Positions 28,265 through 38,741 of a stretch of DNA of 64,000 bases are shown here, piece by piece (the first letter of the stretch is position 1; every line of letters starts with the position of its first letter). The position numbers and the translations under genes are program-made. This DNA is from an uncultured Mycoplasmatota bacterium (GTDB taxonomy: Bacteria; Bacillota_I; Bacilli_A; RF39; UBA660), in assembly GCA_900552495.1 (NCBI GenBank), contig URZY01000003.1:12813-76812 (forward strand), read 5' to 3'. Below the pieces are notes generated by a model. It did no database searches, had not been told where the DNA came from, and saw nothing but the letters and a program-made list of their open reading frames with translations.

Positions 28265-28792
28265 TTACTCTCCTATTCTATGTAATTCTATAAATTGTTG
28301 GGTTTTTGAGATGGTAAGTCTTTCGTTATTCTTAGGTTGTAAAATGTGGACTGTTTTCCCCTCTTCTAGGGCGATAATAGCTGGAAACTGATCAGTCAAT
28401 TTAACTCTAGATGTGTATGTTTCATTGAATGTCTTTACAAAAGTTTCTTTTTCGTCTAGCGAAATATTTAAGTAAATAAGTTCATTTTGCAACTCTTTTC
28501 TAGTAACTAATTTCTTTAAATCCTTCTCATAATTACGACAAGATTCATCGCTAGCGGTACAAATATATAAAAGAACTGTTGGATTTTCGGAGATAAAGTG
28601 CTCTAATTCTTCACTAGTTATTTCTGATAAAGTTCCCCTTATTACAGGAATTTCTAGTTTACTTTCTTGATAAACACTATATACATTACATAAATAGACT
28701 GTTACAACTATAGCAACCAAAAATATTAAGCCTATTATTAAATAGTTTTTTACACCAATATTTCTTTCGGATTGCTTTGCTTTTTCTTTCAT
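28265..28792 (-). CDS. membrane-anchored thioredoxin-fold-like hypothetical protein
   Basis: N-terminal TM, 175 aa, no canonical CxxC. Confidence 0.4.
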   Translation of the reverse strand: MKEKAKQSERNIGVKNYLIIGLIFLVAIVVTVYLCNVYSVYQESKLEIPVIRGTLSEITSEELEHFISENPTVLLYICTASDESCRNYEKDLKKLVTRKELQNELIYLNISLDEKETFVKTFNETYTSRVKLTDQFPAIIALEEGKTVHILQPKNNERLTISKTQQFIELHRIGE

Positions 28793-28857
28793 AAGTTCAC
28801 TTCCTTACCTATTAATATTCTATCACAAAGATTATACTTTTTACACTACAAAATAAA

Positions 28858-31032
28858 TTATTGGTAACTATTTACAATCTTTTCAATTGTCTTTTTTGTC
28901 TCATTATAAAAATCAAAGTGTAAACTTGAGGATGCTTTTTTATAAGTTGAATTATTCAACATAAAGTTCTCATAATTTAGTATATGTGTATTTATGCCAT
29001 CATAGAAGACTGGAAAAACTCTATTTTTTGAATCTACTAAACAGTAATCTTTTTCACTTGGAATAATTTCAAAGATATTACCTTTTATGAGCATATTCTC
29101 TATACGTCCGTAAGCATATATTTCTACATTAGGCGAAGCATTAAATGTTGAAATATATTTATCAATAAGGGCCAATTGCTCTGACTCTGATAGTTCTACA
29201 GAAAGAATTACTCTATCTACTTGTAATTGGTGTAAATAGTAAACTGTGTAAATATTATAAACATTTAATGGGTAATTTCCAATGCAGGTTATTTGTGGAG
29301 AAACTTCACAAAAATCAGAAATTACACATCTTTCAGTCATATTTTCTTCAAGATTTCTAATACAATGTGGTAACTGATAATACACTTTGGAGTTGTCTTT
29401 ATATTTTTGATAGATGATTTTATCTGCTACATATATAGATTTGAATCCTAAATCCAAACAGGTTTGTAATTGTTCTTCTGTTCTAACTGTAGCAGTTAGC
29501 CCTGGTAAATTTTTATTGATGGTTGGAGAGAATGCTGGAGAATTAATAGTTATAGCCTGTTCACTGTTGGTACGTAAAGCTATTAACTTGGTAACTAAAG
29601 TACGACGCAGGTCGTTTAATTCTTTAATAGAAATAAATATATCATCATCACTGTTAACAAGCGTTTTGTAACTGACAAATGGTGTGTTGCCTAATTTTTC
29701 TAATTGGGTGATAATTCTATCTTCTGTTATAGGGGCACTGATTGCTTTTGCAATTTTGTTTCCATATTCTTTAATGACATTAATGCCATCAGAAATTTCC
29801 ATTTCTAGCGGCTTATCAATTTTAGCATTTACGGTAATTGAGATTGGTACTTTGCGAGATGGTAGTAAAGTAAGTGAATTCAATAGCACAGAATCTTGTG
29901 TTTTACAAACAATATCCGGAAAATCTAAACCTATTTTATTATCAACGTAACATATATCTTCAACATGATTAGTTAAATTATAATTTTTATCATATAAATA
30001 ATTTACAATAAAACCTGTTTTACTATTTAAAAATCTAATTCCATCGTGCTGGTTTAGCGGTTTAGTTAATTTTATTTTTATTTTATCTTTAGTTGTCTCA
30101 ATAACTTGACCAATTTCTAAACCAATATGATTAGGGGTTTTTGGATTCATTAAATCTTTTGCTGGAGTTGCAAAAAGGTTTCCGGTTGTAAAATCACGAT
30201 TAAAAATTGTCTTTAGTTTATCCGTCTCCTCAAGTAGGTCAAGCTTTTTACCATCAATTAAGCGACGGTAGTAGTTGGTGATGAAACCAACATATTCGGG
30301 GCTCTTCATGCGCCCTTCAATTTTAAAACTGGTAATATTTGAGTCAAGTAGTGCTGATATCTTCGGCGCAGTATTTAATTCTTTAGTACTAAGCAAGTAT
30401 TGTTTGGTCTTTATGGTTTTTTGACCTTTTTTTAAAGTATATGGAAGGCGACAACTACCGGCACATTCACCTCTATTTCCACTTCTCGTACCTAACATGC
30501 TACTCATAAGACAACAACCAGAGTAACTGATACATAATGCTCCGTGAATGAAAACTTCCTTTTCGATGGGAACATCTATTGCATTTATTTCATCTAGTGT
30601 CATCTCCCTAGAAAAGACTACCCGCTTTACGCCAAGTTGATAAAATAGTTGGGCCGTCGCTTTTGATGAGGTATTGGCTTGAGTTGAGGCATGAACTTCT
30701 AAGTTGGGATATTTTTCACGGACTAAACATAACATACCAAAATCTTGAATTAAAATAGCATCAACCTTATGTTTGTGAAGAAATTCTACTTGCTCTAAAA
30801 AGGCCATGACTTCGTCATCTTTTACTAAAGTATTCATGGTAACGTAAACTTTCACACCATAGAGATGCGCATATTTTAAAGCTTCTAATATCTCCTCATT
30901 ATCAAAATTCTTAGCAAATTTTCTGGCTCCAAAAGATTTGCAACCTAAATAAACCGCATCAGCGCCATTGGCAACGGCTTGATATAGACTAGCCATATCA
31001 CCAGCAGGAACTAATAACTCATGTTTTGTCAT
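28858..31032 (-). CDS. U32-family peptidase-like protein (long fused form)
   Basis: U32 signature EVFIHGALCISYSGCCLMSS. Confidence 0.85.
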   Translation of the reverse strand: MTKHELLVPAGDMASLYQAVANGADAVYLGCKSFGARKFAKNFDNEEILEALKYAHLYGVKVYVTMNTLVKDDEVMAFLEQVEFLHKHKVDAILIQDFGMLCLVREKYPNLEVHASTQANTSSKATAQLFYQLGVKRVVFSREMTLDEINAIDVPIEKEVFIHGALCISYSGCCLMSSMLGTRSGNRGECAGSCRLPYTLKKGQKTIKTKQYLLSTKELNTAPKISALLDSNITSFKIEGRMKSPEYVGFITNYYRRLIDGKKLDLLEETDKLKTIFNRDFTTGNLFATPAKDLMNPKTPNHIGLEIGQVIETTKDKIKIKLTKPLNQHDGIRFLNSKTGFIVNYLYDKNYNLTNHVEDICYVDNKIGLDFPDIVCKTQDSVLLNSLTLLPSRKVPISITVNAKIDKPLEMEISDGINVIKEYGNKIAKAISAPITEDRIITQLEKLGNTPFVSYKTLVNSDDDIFISIKELNDLRRTLVTKLIALRTNSEQAITINSPAFSPTINKNLPGLTATVRTEEQLQTCLDLGFKSIYVADKIIYQKYKDNSKVYYQLPHCIRNLEENMTERCVISDFCEVSPQITCIGNYPLNVYNIYTVYYLHQLQVDRVILSVELSESEQLALIDKYISTFNASPNVEIYAYGRIENMLIKGNIFEIIPSEKDYCLVDSKNRVFPVFYDGINTHILNYENFMLNNSTYKKASSSLHFDFYNETKKTIEKIVNSYQ

Positions 31033-31077
31033 ATAATCACCCCAATTTGTATAATGATTATACCATAAAATGAACAG

Positions 31078-31464
31078 ATGTTACATTGCTATTACATATA
31101 TTTTATTATGAGGGACCAAGAAGAAACAATTAGACGACTTAATTTTGAAAATTGGATTTGGGTAACATTTATTGTGGTTTCAGCTTTAGATATTTATGGC
31201 GATGAACTAATTAAGAAAAGCATTACCGAAAATGATAAGGAGGCACAAACTAAGTCTGAAAACCTATTCATATTTTTATCATTATTTTCTATTCTAGTTT
31301 ATATTTATTTTCTTTATAGAAATTATTCTGATTACAAAAAATATCACAACGAATTATATGAAATTAGGCTGATAGCAAGTGGGATTATATTATTAGGATC
31401 AATATTATTATTGTACTTTCAATTAAATATAAATAATAATGACGATTTACCGTCTAATATTTAG
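31078..31464 (+). CDS. small 3-TM membrane protein (paralog 1)
   Basis: ORF in the track. The likely start is ATG 31108 (MRDQEET...), judged by alignment with the downstream paralog. Confidence 0.5.
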   Translation: MLHCYYIYFIMRDQEETIRRLNFENWIWVTFIVVSALDIYGDELIKKSITENDKEAQTKSENLFIFLSLFSILVYIYFLYRNYSDYKKYHNELYEIRLIASGIILLGSILLLYFQLNINNNDDLPSNI

Positions 31465-31484
31465 AATTTGTAATATATTTTACT

Positions 31485-31862
31485 ATGAATGAGAAATTTG
31501 AAAAACTAGAACAAATAGAGACTGAGAACTTTATATGAATTGTATACCTATTTATTATAGGAATTTCTTTTGTAGCAAATCATTATGAAAAAGAATACTA
31601 TGAAAATTGTGATGAGGAGGCGAAAAAAAGATATCAAACAATTAATATATTTATTTTCGGATTAGCACTACTTATTTACATATATTTTTTCAAAGAAAAC
31701 TATAAGACGATGCAAAATCTTACTTGCTATGATTCTGCAACAAAGATTAAATTTAATGAACTTAATTTTATTGCTTCATTATTAATTGTTATTGCAGGAA
31801 GTATTCTTTTATATATTGCAATATTTGATGATGACTTGGAAACAGAAATTTCATTTTCTTAA
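31485..31862 (+). pseudogene. tandem paralog of the 31078-31464 gene with in-frame TGA at codon 18
   Basis: The single frame ATG 31485 to TAA 31862 reads MNEKFEKLEQIETENFI*IVYLFIIG...LIYIYFFKENY...AGSILLYIAI. It aligns with paralog 1 (ENWIWV.., LVYIYFLYRNY, LGSILLLY). TGA 31536-31538 aligns with a Trp. Confidence 0.6.
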
Positions 31863-32080
31863 GAACAAGTTTTTTTTAGTGACATAAATTATTATAGGTG
31901 ATATGTTTGAAAAATAGACATCCATTCTTTTGTAGATGCAACTTTTGTAAACAAAAAAGAAGAAGTAGTGCCTTCTACCTTTCTTTGATACTAATATTTC
32001 TAATCGTTAGTTTCTATCAATTGTTGCTATTAATCTTTATAACAACTAAAATTAATGCCATTATCTTATTATTCGAATTT

Positions 32081-32941
32081 CTATTTATTGGGTTGTTGGT
32101 ATTTTTTATAATATTTTAATAGAAAATTATTTGTTTTGCTAACATAATCAACAGCATTTCTAACATTTATTAAATTGACAATTGTGGAGTTTTTAAATGT
32201 TAATTTCGGTGGTATAGCAATAAGGGCATTAAATAGCATTTGTTCCTCATTAGTATAAGTATATTTAGCTTGATATTGTTCAAATAACGAGGTCATTTCA
32301 ACATTTTTAAATTCATTGTGATAGAACGAAAGAAAATCATAGATGACTAAATCTCTAGTAGCATAATCCCAATTAATGAAGTATGGTTTTTCTCCTATTA
32401 GGAAGTGTTCTAAAGATAAGTTTTTATGAAGCATTACTGTTCGTTCTCTCGTTAAACTACTTTTTTCTTTATACCAATTGTCTAACTCTCCTTCTGAAAA
32501 TCTTAATGCCTTATAAAAGGTCGAAATGTTTATCATTAGCAGGTATTCAGCCGGAGACATAAATTCTCTAGTTTCTAGAAAATCTTGTAAATCTAGATAG
32601 TAATTGCGAAGATATGTTATTTTTTCTTTAATATCATTATATAACGCTTTAGTTTTTTCCAAATCAATCTCTTGATATGTTGTTGTTTTAACATGAAGAA
32701 TAATAAGATTATTAATTAATTCAATTGCTTTATCTGAATCTGGAATATTTAATTCTTCTATATAGGGATAGACTTCATACTGTGGAGTTATAGTTAATGG
32801 TTCTAAAAAATTATTAAAGCCTTTTAATCGTAGATAATTAAATGTGGTGGTGTTTTCCTTTTTGCGTAATTTATATAAATATTTTCCCTTATCGGTTTCA
32901 ACTATTTTAGATTTACTTTTATAATTAATTATCTTGGGCAT
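32081..32941 (-). CDS. YsxE/CotS-family spore-coat kinase-fold protein
   Basis: LHKNLSLEHFLIGEKPYFINWDYATRDLVIYDF mirrors the HGD....N...IDWD..D..DL kinase core. It overlaps the SpoVID-like gene, as in B. subtilis spoVID-ysxE. Confidence 0.55.
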   Translation of the reverse strand: MPKIINYKSKSKIVETDKGKYLYKLRKKENTTTFNYLRLKGFNNFLEPLTITPQYEVYPYIEELNIPDSDKAIELINNLIILHVKTTTYQEIDLEKTKALYNDIKEKITYLRNYYLDLQDFLETREFMSPAEYLLMINISTFYKALRFSEGELDNWYKEKSSLTRERTVMLHKNLSLEHFLIGEKPYFINWDYATRDLVIYDFLSFYHNEFKNVEMTSLFEQYQAKYTYTNEEQMLFNALIAIPPKLTFKNSTIVNLINVRNAVDYVSKTNNFLLKYYKKYQQPNK

Positions 32942-33677
32942 GATACGGAATGATTATTTTTGATCCAATTGAAAGGTTAGCTAAATCGTTATAATTTTCT
33001 AATTCCTCTTTAGTTGTTTTATATTTCTCTATTAAACTGTTAATGGTCTCTTCTTCTCTTAAAATATAAACTGAATATGTGGCATAAGTTTCTTCACTTT
33101 CGTTAATATTTTCAAATAATGAGCTTACGGTGGTTTCTTTTGTCTCTAACATTTCTTCTATCTCCATTTCTTCTTTTTCATTTATTTCTTCTTTAGTATT
33201 TGGTTGATCTCCATCACATTCACGAACTTCTTCTTCAACTTGAATAGTTTCTATTTTTTTAGGTTCATCTTGAAGTTCCGGTAGGCTATCAATACTATTT
33301 GATTCTAATGTTTCTGTTTTGGCTGGCTCTGATTTATCTTCTTCAATATCAATTATTTCTACTCCCTCAATCTTTACATCAATGTAACAAATTAGGGTGT
33401 AATCGTTTTCAATCTCATAATAAAAATCATCTATGTCAATGTGGGCAGTATCTAAATCAAGGCATTCAGTTAATAAAATGTCTGTTGGTAATTTATAAGA
33501 GAAGTCTTCTTCTATTCGTGAGGCTTCTGTTAGTTTGTAAGTTCCACTTACTAGGAACTCTCCTTCAATGCTATTAGAGTCCGTGAATTTTAAATTATGC
33601 TCTAGGGAAATAGCAGTTATTTCACCAATCATTGATGGAAACTCTATTTTTTTCTCAAAAGATATTGTTTTTTTCAT
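32925..33677 (-). CDS. SpoVID-like spore morphogenetic protein (acidic middle, C-terminal LysM)
   Basis: C-terminal LysM motif YSVYILREEETINSLIEKYKTTKEELENYNDL...GSKIIIP, an acidic E-rich linker, and synteny with the ysxE-like gene. Confidence 0.5.
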   Translation of the reverse strand: MKKTISFEKKIEFPSMIGEITAISLEHNLKFTDSNSIEGEFLVSGTYKLTEASRIEEDFSYKLPTDILLTECLDLDTAHIDIDDFYYEIENDYTLICYIDVKIEGVEIIDIEEDKSEPAKTETLESNSIDSLPELQDEPKKIETIQVEEEVRECDGDQPNTKEEINEKEEMEIEEMLETKETTVSSLFENINESEETYATYSVYILREEETINSLIEKYKTTKEELENYNDLANLSIGSKIIIPYHAQDN

Positions 33678-33716
33678 ATATTCCTCCTAAAAAATAGTAT
33701 GAAAAAAGAAGAACGT

Positions 33717-34403
33717 TTATTCTTCTTTTACTTTTATCTTTTGAATTTCTTTTACGGTTTTTTTGGCGGCTTCTCTTTTCTTGTAATTCCAAAAACCTCT
33801 TTTTTTAGATTCTTCTTCTAAATGTGTAAGTGTTGTTTCCCTAGCAAGTGGACTTGCATCATAAAATTCCGGTGCTATTGAAGCAATATAGTTAGTACTG
33901 GCAATAAAGAATGGCGTTGTTATTTCTGGAACTTCTCCATCCATGCAGGCGTCTATGACTATTGCATCATAACCTAAAGTTCTATATAAATCTTGCATCG
34001 AGAGATTAGCTGGAAGATTTCTTGTATCTAAGTTCCATGCGATGTAATTTTGAACCTTGAGATTCTTTTGATATGGAGACAATGCTCGCAACTCATTAAT
34101 TAAGCCAACGGCTGTATTTGCGACATCATTATAGTTAGGAAGCGTTCTATATTCAAAACGTTTACTTTCTAAAACCTCCGAAGCCATTTGGAGAAAGCGC
34201 TCATCTAGTAAGAAGAAAGCTGGCTCTTCCTCTAATGCAATACTTAAAGTATCAATAAACCACCCATAATCATCGGCGTCTTTATACATGTCTACTAAAT
34301 CTAATTCTGAAGCCATTATTAATAAACTTTTTAAATACATAATGTGTAATTTATCTCTTAGTTCAGATGACTCTTCTAATTCATTATAATTATCTTTTTC
34401 CAT
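33717..34403 (-). CDS. hypothetical acidic protein
   Basis: 228-aa ORF overlapping the lon stop. No motif recognised. Confidence 0.45.
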   Translation of the reverse strand: MEKDNYNELEESSELRDKLHIMYLKSLLIMASELDLVDMYKDADDYGWFIDTLSIALEEEPAFFLLDERFLQMASEVLESKRFEYRTLPNYNDVANTAVGLINELRALSPYQKNLKVQNYIAWNLDTRNLPANLSMQDLYRTLGYDAIVIDACMDGEVPEITTPFFIASTNYIASIAPEFYDASPLARETTLTHLEEESKKRGFWNYKKREAAKKTVKEIQKIKVKEE

Positions 34404-36714
34404 GTTTTTTACCTACTTTAAATAGACTTTTATAAATGTCTTTATAATTTTTGACTGTAATAAATTTGATATTATCTTTAACATCAGTTGGTATTTCATC
34501 TAAATCTTTTTTATTTTCTTCTGGAATAAATATTTTCTTAATTCCGGCACGATGTGCACCAATAACTTTTTCTTTTAAACCACCTATTCCTAGTACACGA
34601 CCTCTTAATGTTATTTCACCGGTCATAGCAATGTTTTTGTCAACAGCCTGGTTAGATAAAAGACTTATTAGGGCAGTTGTAATAGTAATACCAGCTGATG
34701 GTCCATCTTTGTTTACTGCACCCTCTGGAACATGGATATGTAGGTCATTATTATCAAAAACTGCTTCATCTAAACCAAACTTAGTCATATTTGCCTTGAT
34801 ATAACTTAAAGCAATATGACAAGATTCTTGCATTACTTCTCCTATGGAGCCAGTTATTGTTAAATCACCTTTCCCTTTATATAAAGTAGCTTCAACTGGC
34901 AAAATGTCACCACCAAAAATAGTATAAGCCATCGCATTAACAACACCAATTTCATTTTTTTCAGCTTTTTCTGTATACAAATATTTTTTCTTACCTAAAA
35001 ACTCTTCAATTGCTTTATTGTCAATATCATAAAAGGGCATGTTTTTTTCTAGAAGAATTTTCTTTACTATTTTTCTAAATAAAGTGGCAATCATTCTTTC
35101 TAATTCTCTAACGCCTGCCTCTTTAGTATAATTTCTAATTATTATTAATAGTGCTTCATCTGAGATTTGGACCTGTAATGGTGTTAGCCCGTGTTCCTCT
35201 AATTCCTTGGGTACTAAATGTCTCTTAGCAATATCTAATTTTTCATATTCAGTATAACTAGAAACATTGATTATTTCTAATCTATCTCTTAATTCATATG
35301 GTATTTGTTCAATATAATTTGCTGTTGCAATAAATAAAACCTTAGATAGATCAAATTCTTCTTCAATATAGTGGTCAGAAAATTTGCTATTTTGTTCTGG
35401 ATCGAGAACTTCTAATAAACTACTAGCCGGGTCTCCTTTAATATCTTTGGTCATCTTATCAATTTCATCAATTATAAAGACGGGGTTTGAAGTTCCGGCT
35501 TTTCTAATGCCTTGAATTATTCGACCGGGATTAGCTCCTACGTATGTTCTTCTGTGTCCTATTATTTCAGCTTCATCATTTATTCCGCCAACACTTATCT
35601 TAGCGGTCTTGCGGCCCAAACTTTTGGCGATACTTTGGGCTAGAGATGTTTTACCTACTCCTGGAGGTCCGACTAAGCACAAAATAGGACTACGTAAACT
35701 ATTAGTATTTTGTTTTACTGCTAAATACTCTAATATACGATCTTTTACATCATCTAAAGCGTAGTGTGAAGCGTCCAAGATATTTTTTACTTTTATTAAA
35801 TCGTTATTATCTTTAGTACAATTATTCCACGGAAGATTTAACATCCAATCTAGATATTCTCTAACAATTCCTAGTTCTGGAGAGTTACTATTTATTGATT
35901 CATAGCGAGCGATTTCTCTTTTTATTCTCTCCTTAATTTTAGGGGAACATTTTAATTTATTCATGCGATTTTTTAATTTGACAACCTCATCGTCTTTACT
36001 ATTTACTTCACCTAATTCTTGTTGCATCAATTTTATTTTTTCACGTAAGAAATACTCTTTTTGCGACTCAGTTAATTCACGTTCAACTTGTTCTTCTATT
36101 TGTTGTTCAAGTTCGATAAACTTAATATCTTCATTCATATCTTCAATAAGTTGTTTACAACGTTCAATTGGATCAACTATAGTAATATATTTTTTTTTCT
36201 TTTTATAATCCAATGTTAAAAAAGCTCCTGCTAAATCACAAAGTTCATTTAAATTAGTTACTTTGTTTAATTGTGTAATTACAGCATTACTCATATAAGG
36301 AACTTTTTCAATATACTGTTCTAATGATTTTAATAAAATATTGAAATAGTCTTTCTCACTATCTTTGCTAGTCTCTATAATTTCTTTATAATTAGCATAA
36401 TAAAATTTTTCTTCTTTTTGATAATTAGAAATTTCTACTCTTTTTAATCCCTCTATTACAACTCTAGTTTTGCCATTGGGAACAGCCATTTTAAATTTTA
36501 GTTTGCCTAACGTTCCATAACTTGGTAAATTGGTAACATCAATATCTAAGTTTTCCTCAATTGGATTTACTATTAACATTAAGTCACTTTCAAGTTTATC
36601 TATTATATTAATCATTTGTTTATCAAATGTATTATCATATTCTATTCTTACTTCGTTGTTTGGGAAGATAACCATATCATTAATTATTAGAACAAGAAGT
36701 TTTTCTCCTGTCAT
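34390..36714 (-). CDS. lon: ATP-dependent Lon protease (LonA)
   Basis: Walker A GPPGVGKTS and protease Ser-Lys motifs DGPSAGIT and KEKV. Confidence 0.95.
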   Translation of the reverse strand: MTGEKLLVLIINDMVIFPNNEVRIEYDNTFDKQMINIIDKLESDLMLIVNPIEENLDIDVTNLPSYGTLGKLKFKMAVPNGKTRVVIEGLKRVEISNYQKEEKFYYANYKEIIETSKDSEKDYFNILLKSLEQYIEKVPYMSNAVITQLNKVTNLNELCDLAGAFLTLDYKKKKKYITIVDPIERCKQLIEDMNEDIKFIELEQQIEEQVERELTESQKEYFLREKIKLMQQELGEVNSKDDEVVKLKNRMNKLKCSPKIKERIKREIARYESINSNSPELGIVREYLDWMLNLPWNNCTKDNNDLIKVKNILDASHYALDDVKDRILEYLAVKQNTNSLRSPILCLVGPPGVGKTSLAQSIAKSLGRKTAKISVGGINDEAEIIGHRRTYVGANPGRIIQGIRKAGTSNPVFIIDEIDKMTKDIKGDPASSLLEVLDPEQNSKFSDHYIEEEFDLSKVLFIATANYIEQIPYELRDRLEIINVSSYTEYEKLDIAKRHLVPKELEEHGLTPLQVQISDEALLIIIRNYTKEAGVRELERMIATLFRKIVKKILLEKNMPFYDIDNKAIEEFLGKKKYLYTEKAEKNEIGVVNAMAYTIFGGDILPVEATLYKGKGDLTITGSIGEVMQESCHIALSYIKANMTKFGLDEAVFDNNDLHIHVPEGAVNKDGPSAGITITTALISLLSNQAVDKNIAMTGEITLRGRVLGIGGLKEKVIGAHRAGIKKIFIPEENKKDLDEIPTDVKDNIKFITVKNYKDIYKSLFKVGKKHGKR

Positions 36715-36864
36715 CGATTACCCACCTCCAAATTTTAGTACTGCTTACTATTATATAATAAATTATTTTTTTTTCAATATTTTTGACTATTTTTTACGTT
36801 TTTTGTTTTACTAATAAGTATATTTCTTTTATTATCAAGGGACTTTTTAGAATGGTAATTATTG

Positions 36865-36896
36865 CCAGAAAAAAGACAACTATTTTTGTTGTCTTT
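36865..36896 (-). terminator. rho-independent terminator of tig
   Basis: Minus strand has AAAGACAAC-AAAAATA-GTTGTCTTT followed by TTTTCTGG. Confidence 0.7.
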
Positions 36897-36903
36897 TGTT
36901 TAA

Positions 36904-38202
36904 TTACTTATTTAGTTCTTTTAATAATTCCATTACTTTACGCATCTCTAAATCGTATTGAATCATTTCCAAACCGCCAAATTGTTTTAGGAACTCTTCT
37001 TTTTCCATTTGATATTTTTCAGCTAAATCTGTAGCTTCTTTTTCGGCTTCTTCTGTTGTTACTTCAATCTTTTCGATTGTCATAATTTCTTCAAGCATTA
37101 AACGATATAATACGTTTTGATATGCTTCTTTTTCTAGTTGAGCTTTTAATTCTTTTTCTGTTGTGCCTGTGAATTGATAGTATAAGTCTAAAGAAATACC
37201 TTGCATTTTCATTTGCTCTGTGAATCTACCAAGTAATCTTTCAACTTCTTCTTCTACCATTCCTTCTGGAATATCAACTTCCACATTTTTTGCTACTTCT
37301 TCTAAGATTTTATCTACATGTTTATTTTCAGCATCAACTTCCTTTTGAGCCTTAATTGAATCTTTAAGTGCTGTGCGTAATGTCTCTTCTGAATTTACAC
37401 CTTCCATACCTAAATCCTCGAAGAAATCCTCATCTAAGTCTCTTGCAATTTTTTGTTTAATTTCGTTAACTTTAACTTTAAATACTACTTTGGCGCCGGC
37501 TAAATCAGCTGCTCCATAATCTTCTGGGAATGTTAAATTAAGTTCCTTTTCTTCTCCAGTTTTCATTCCTTTTACTTGTTCTTCAAAGCCAGGAATGAAT
37601 GTATTTGAACCAATCTCTAGAGAATAGTTTTCTCCTTTTCCACCTTCGAATGCTACACCATCTTTGAAACCTTCAAAGTCGATGACAGCAACGTCACCCT
37701 CTTCAACACTACCTTCATCTTTTGTAGTTAATTCGGTATATCTTTCTAATAAGTGACCTAGTTCATGATTAACTTCTTCATCAGTTACTTCAACTTCTTC
37801 GGGCTTAATATTTAAACCTTTATATTTGTTAACTTTAACTTCAGGCTTAGTTATTATTTTGAATGAGAATTCAACAGCATTTTCATCAATGCTTTTTAAA
37901 TCAACAGCTGGTTGAACTACTGGAATTAATTTTGATTCTTCCATTGCCTTAACATAAGCATCTTGTAATACAACATCAGCGGCATCTAAAAATAATGACT
38001 CTTTGCCATAATGCTTTTCGTAAATATCTCTTGGTACTTTTCCTGTACGGAAACCATCTACTTTGGCCGTTTTTTGCTTTTTAGCAAAGGCTTTATCTAA
38101 AGCTTTCGTCCAGTCTTCTCCTTCTATTTTAATAACTACGTCATGAACGTTTTTAGTTTTTGTTTCTTTTGTTTCTTCTTTGACTTCTTTTGTTTTTGCC
38201 AT
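36904..38202 (-). CDS. tig: trigger factor
   Basis: GFRTGKVPRDIYEK ribosome-binding motif, a central FKBP domain (VAVIDFEGF.DG..FEGG), and a K/E-rich N-terminal extension. Confidence 0.9.
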   Translation of the reverse strand: MAKTKEVKEETKETKTKNVHDVVIKIEGEDWTKALDKAFAKKQKTAKVDGFRTGKVPRDIYEKHYGKESLFLDAADVVLQDAYVKAMEESKLIPVVQPAVDLKSIDENAVEFSFKIITKPEVKVNKYKGLNIKPEEVEVTDEEVNHELGHLLERYTELTTKDEGSVEEGDVAVIDFEGFKDGVAFEGGKGENYSLEIGSNTFIPGFEEQVKGMKTGEEKELNLTFPEDYGAADLAGAKVVFKVKVNEIKQKIARDLDEDFFEDLGMEGVNSEETLRTALKDSIKAQKEVDAENKHVDKILEEVAKNVEVDIPEGMVEEEVERLLGRFTEQMKMQGISLDLYYQFTGTTEKELKAQLEKEAYQNVLYRLMLEEIMTIEKIEVTTEEAEKEATDLAEKYQMEKEEFLKQFGGLEMIQYDLEMRKVMELLKELNK

Positions 38203-38261
38203 TTGTATCCCTCCAACGTCTATATTATACAGTATAATTTACCTGAAAACAACAACTTTTA

Positions 38262-38741
38262 TTAATTATCTTTCTTCCCTAAAAATCTTTCACAAATTCT
38301 TTTTCCTAATGATTTAGGTTTTTCTTTTTGAGCAAACATTTTACTCACTACAGCAGAGTAATTATTTTCCTCATCTAAAAGTTGATAGGCTTCCGCTTGA
38401 GAAACTTCACGATTTTTGAAAAAAGTGTAATAGCCATGACTTTCAAGTGATGCACCGGTGCAATATTCTGAAACGCTTCCATCATCAACTTGATAAGCAA
38501 TTATATGACTAGGTACGCCCATAGCTTTATATAAATTAGCTGTCTCCTTATTATATTTTTCAATTTCACATTCTAATTGAGGTGTTATCGCACCAGGATT
38601 ATCACCACCATATGTTAATTCTACTCTTCCGCGTTCTCTTTCATATAAGTCTGGATAGTGCTCCTGTAGTATTTGAAATAATGACCTGTTATTAACAGTC
38701 ACTAACCTTTCTGTTAATGGTATTTTGTAATATTTATGCAT
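38262..38741 (-). CDS. hypothetical protein
   Basis: 159-aa ORF preceded by a GAGGAGGG RBS. No motif recognised. Confidence 0.5.
   Translation of the reverse strand: MHKYYKIPLTERLVTVNNRSLFQILQEHYPDLYERERGRVELTYGGDNPGAITPQLECEIEKYNKETANLYKAMGVPSHIIAYQVDDGSVSEYCTGASLESHGYYTFFKNREVSQAEAYQLLDEENNYSAVVSKMFAQKEKPKSLGKRICERFLGKKDN

Noticed and set aside
31536-31538. UGA=Trp genetic code (translation table 4) for the whole organism
   Set aside because: All long conserved genes are intact under the standard bacterial code. TGA also acts as a genuine stop in the ATGA overlap at 52307-52310. A single TGG-to-TGA change is the simpler explanation.
31898-32119. 73-aa hydrophobic ORF (MICLKNRHPFFCRCNFCKQ…)
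   Set aside because: The RBS-to-ATG spacing is too short (AGGTGA-T-ATG). It overlaps the 3' end of the convergent ysxE-like gene, and its composition is that of AT-rich non-coding sequence. A real small membrane protein cannot be excluded.
36715-36865. CIRCE or CtsR heat-shock operator upstream of lon
   Set aside because: No TTAGCACTC-N9-GAGTGCTAA is present. The sequence AGTCAAAAATATTGAAAAA only loosely resembles the CtsR direct repeat.
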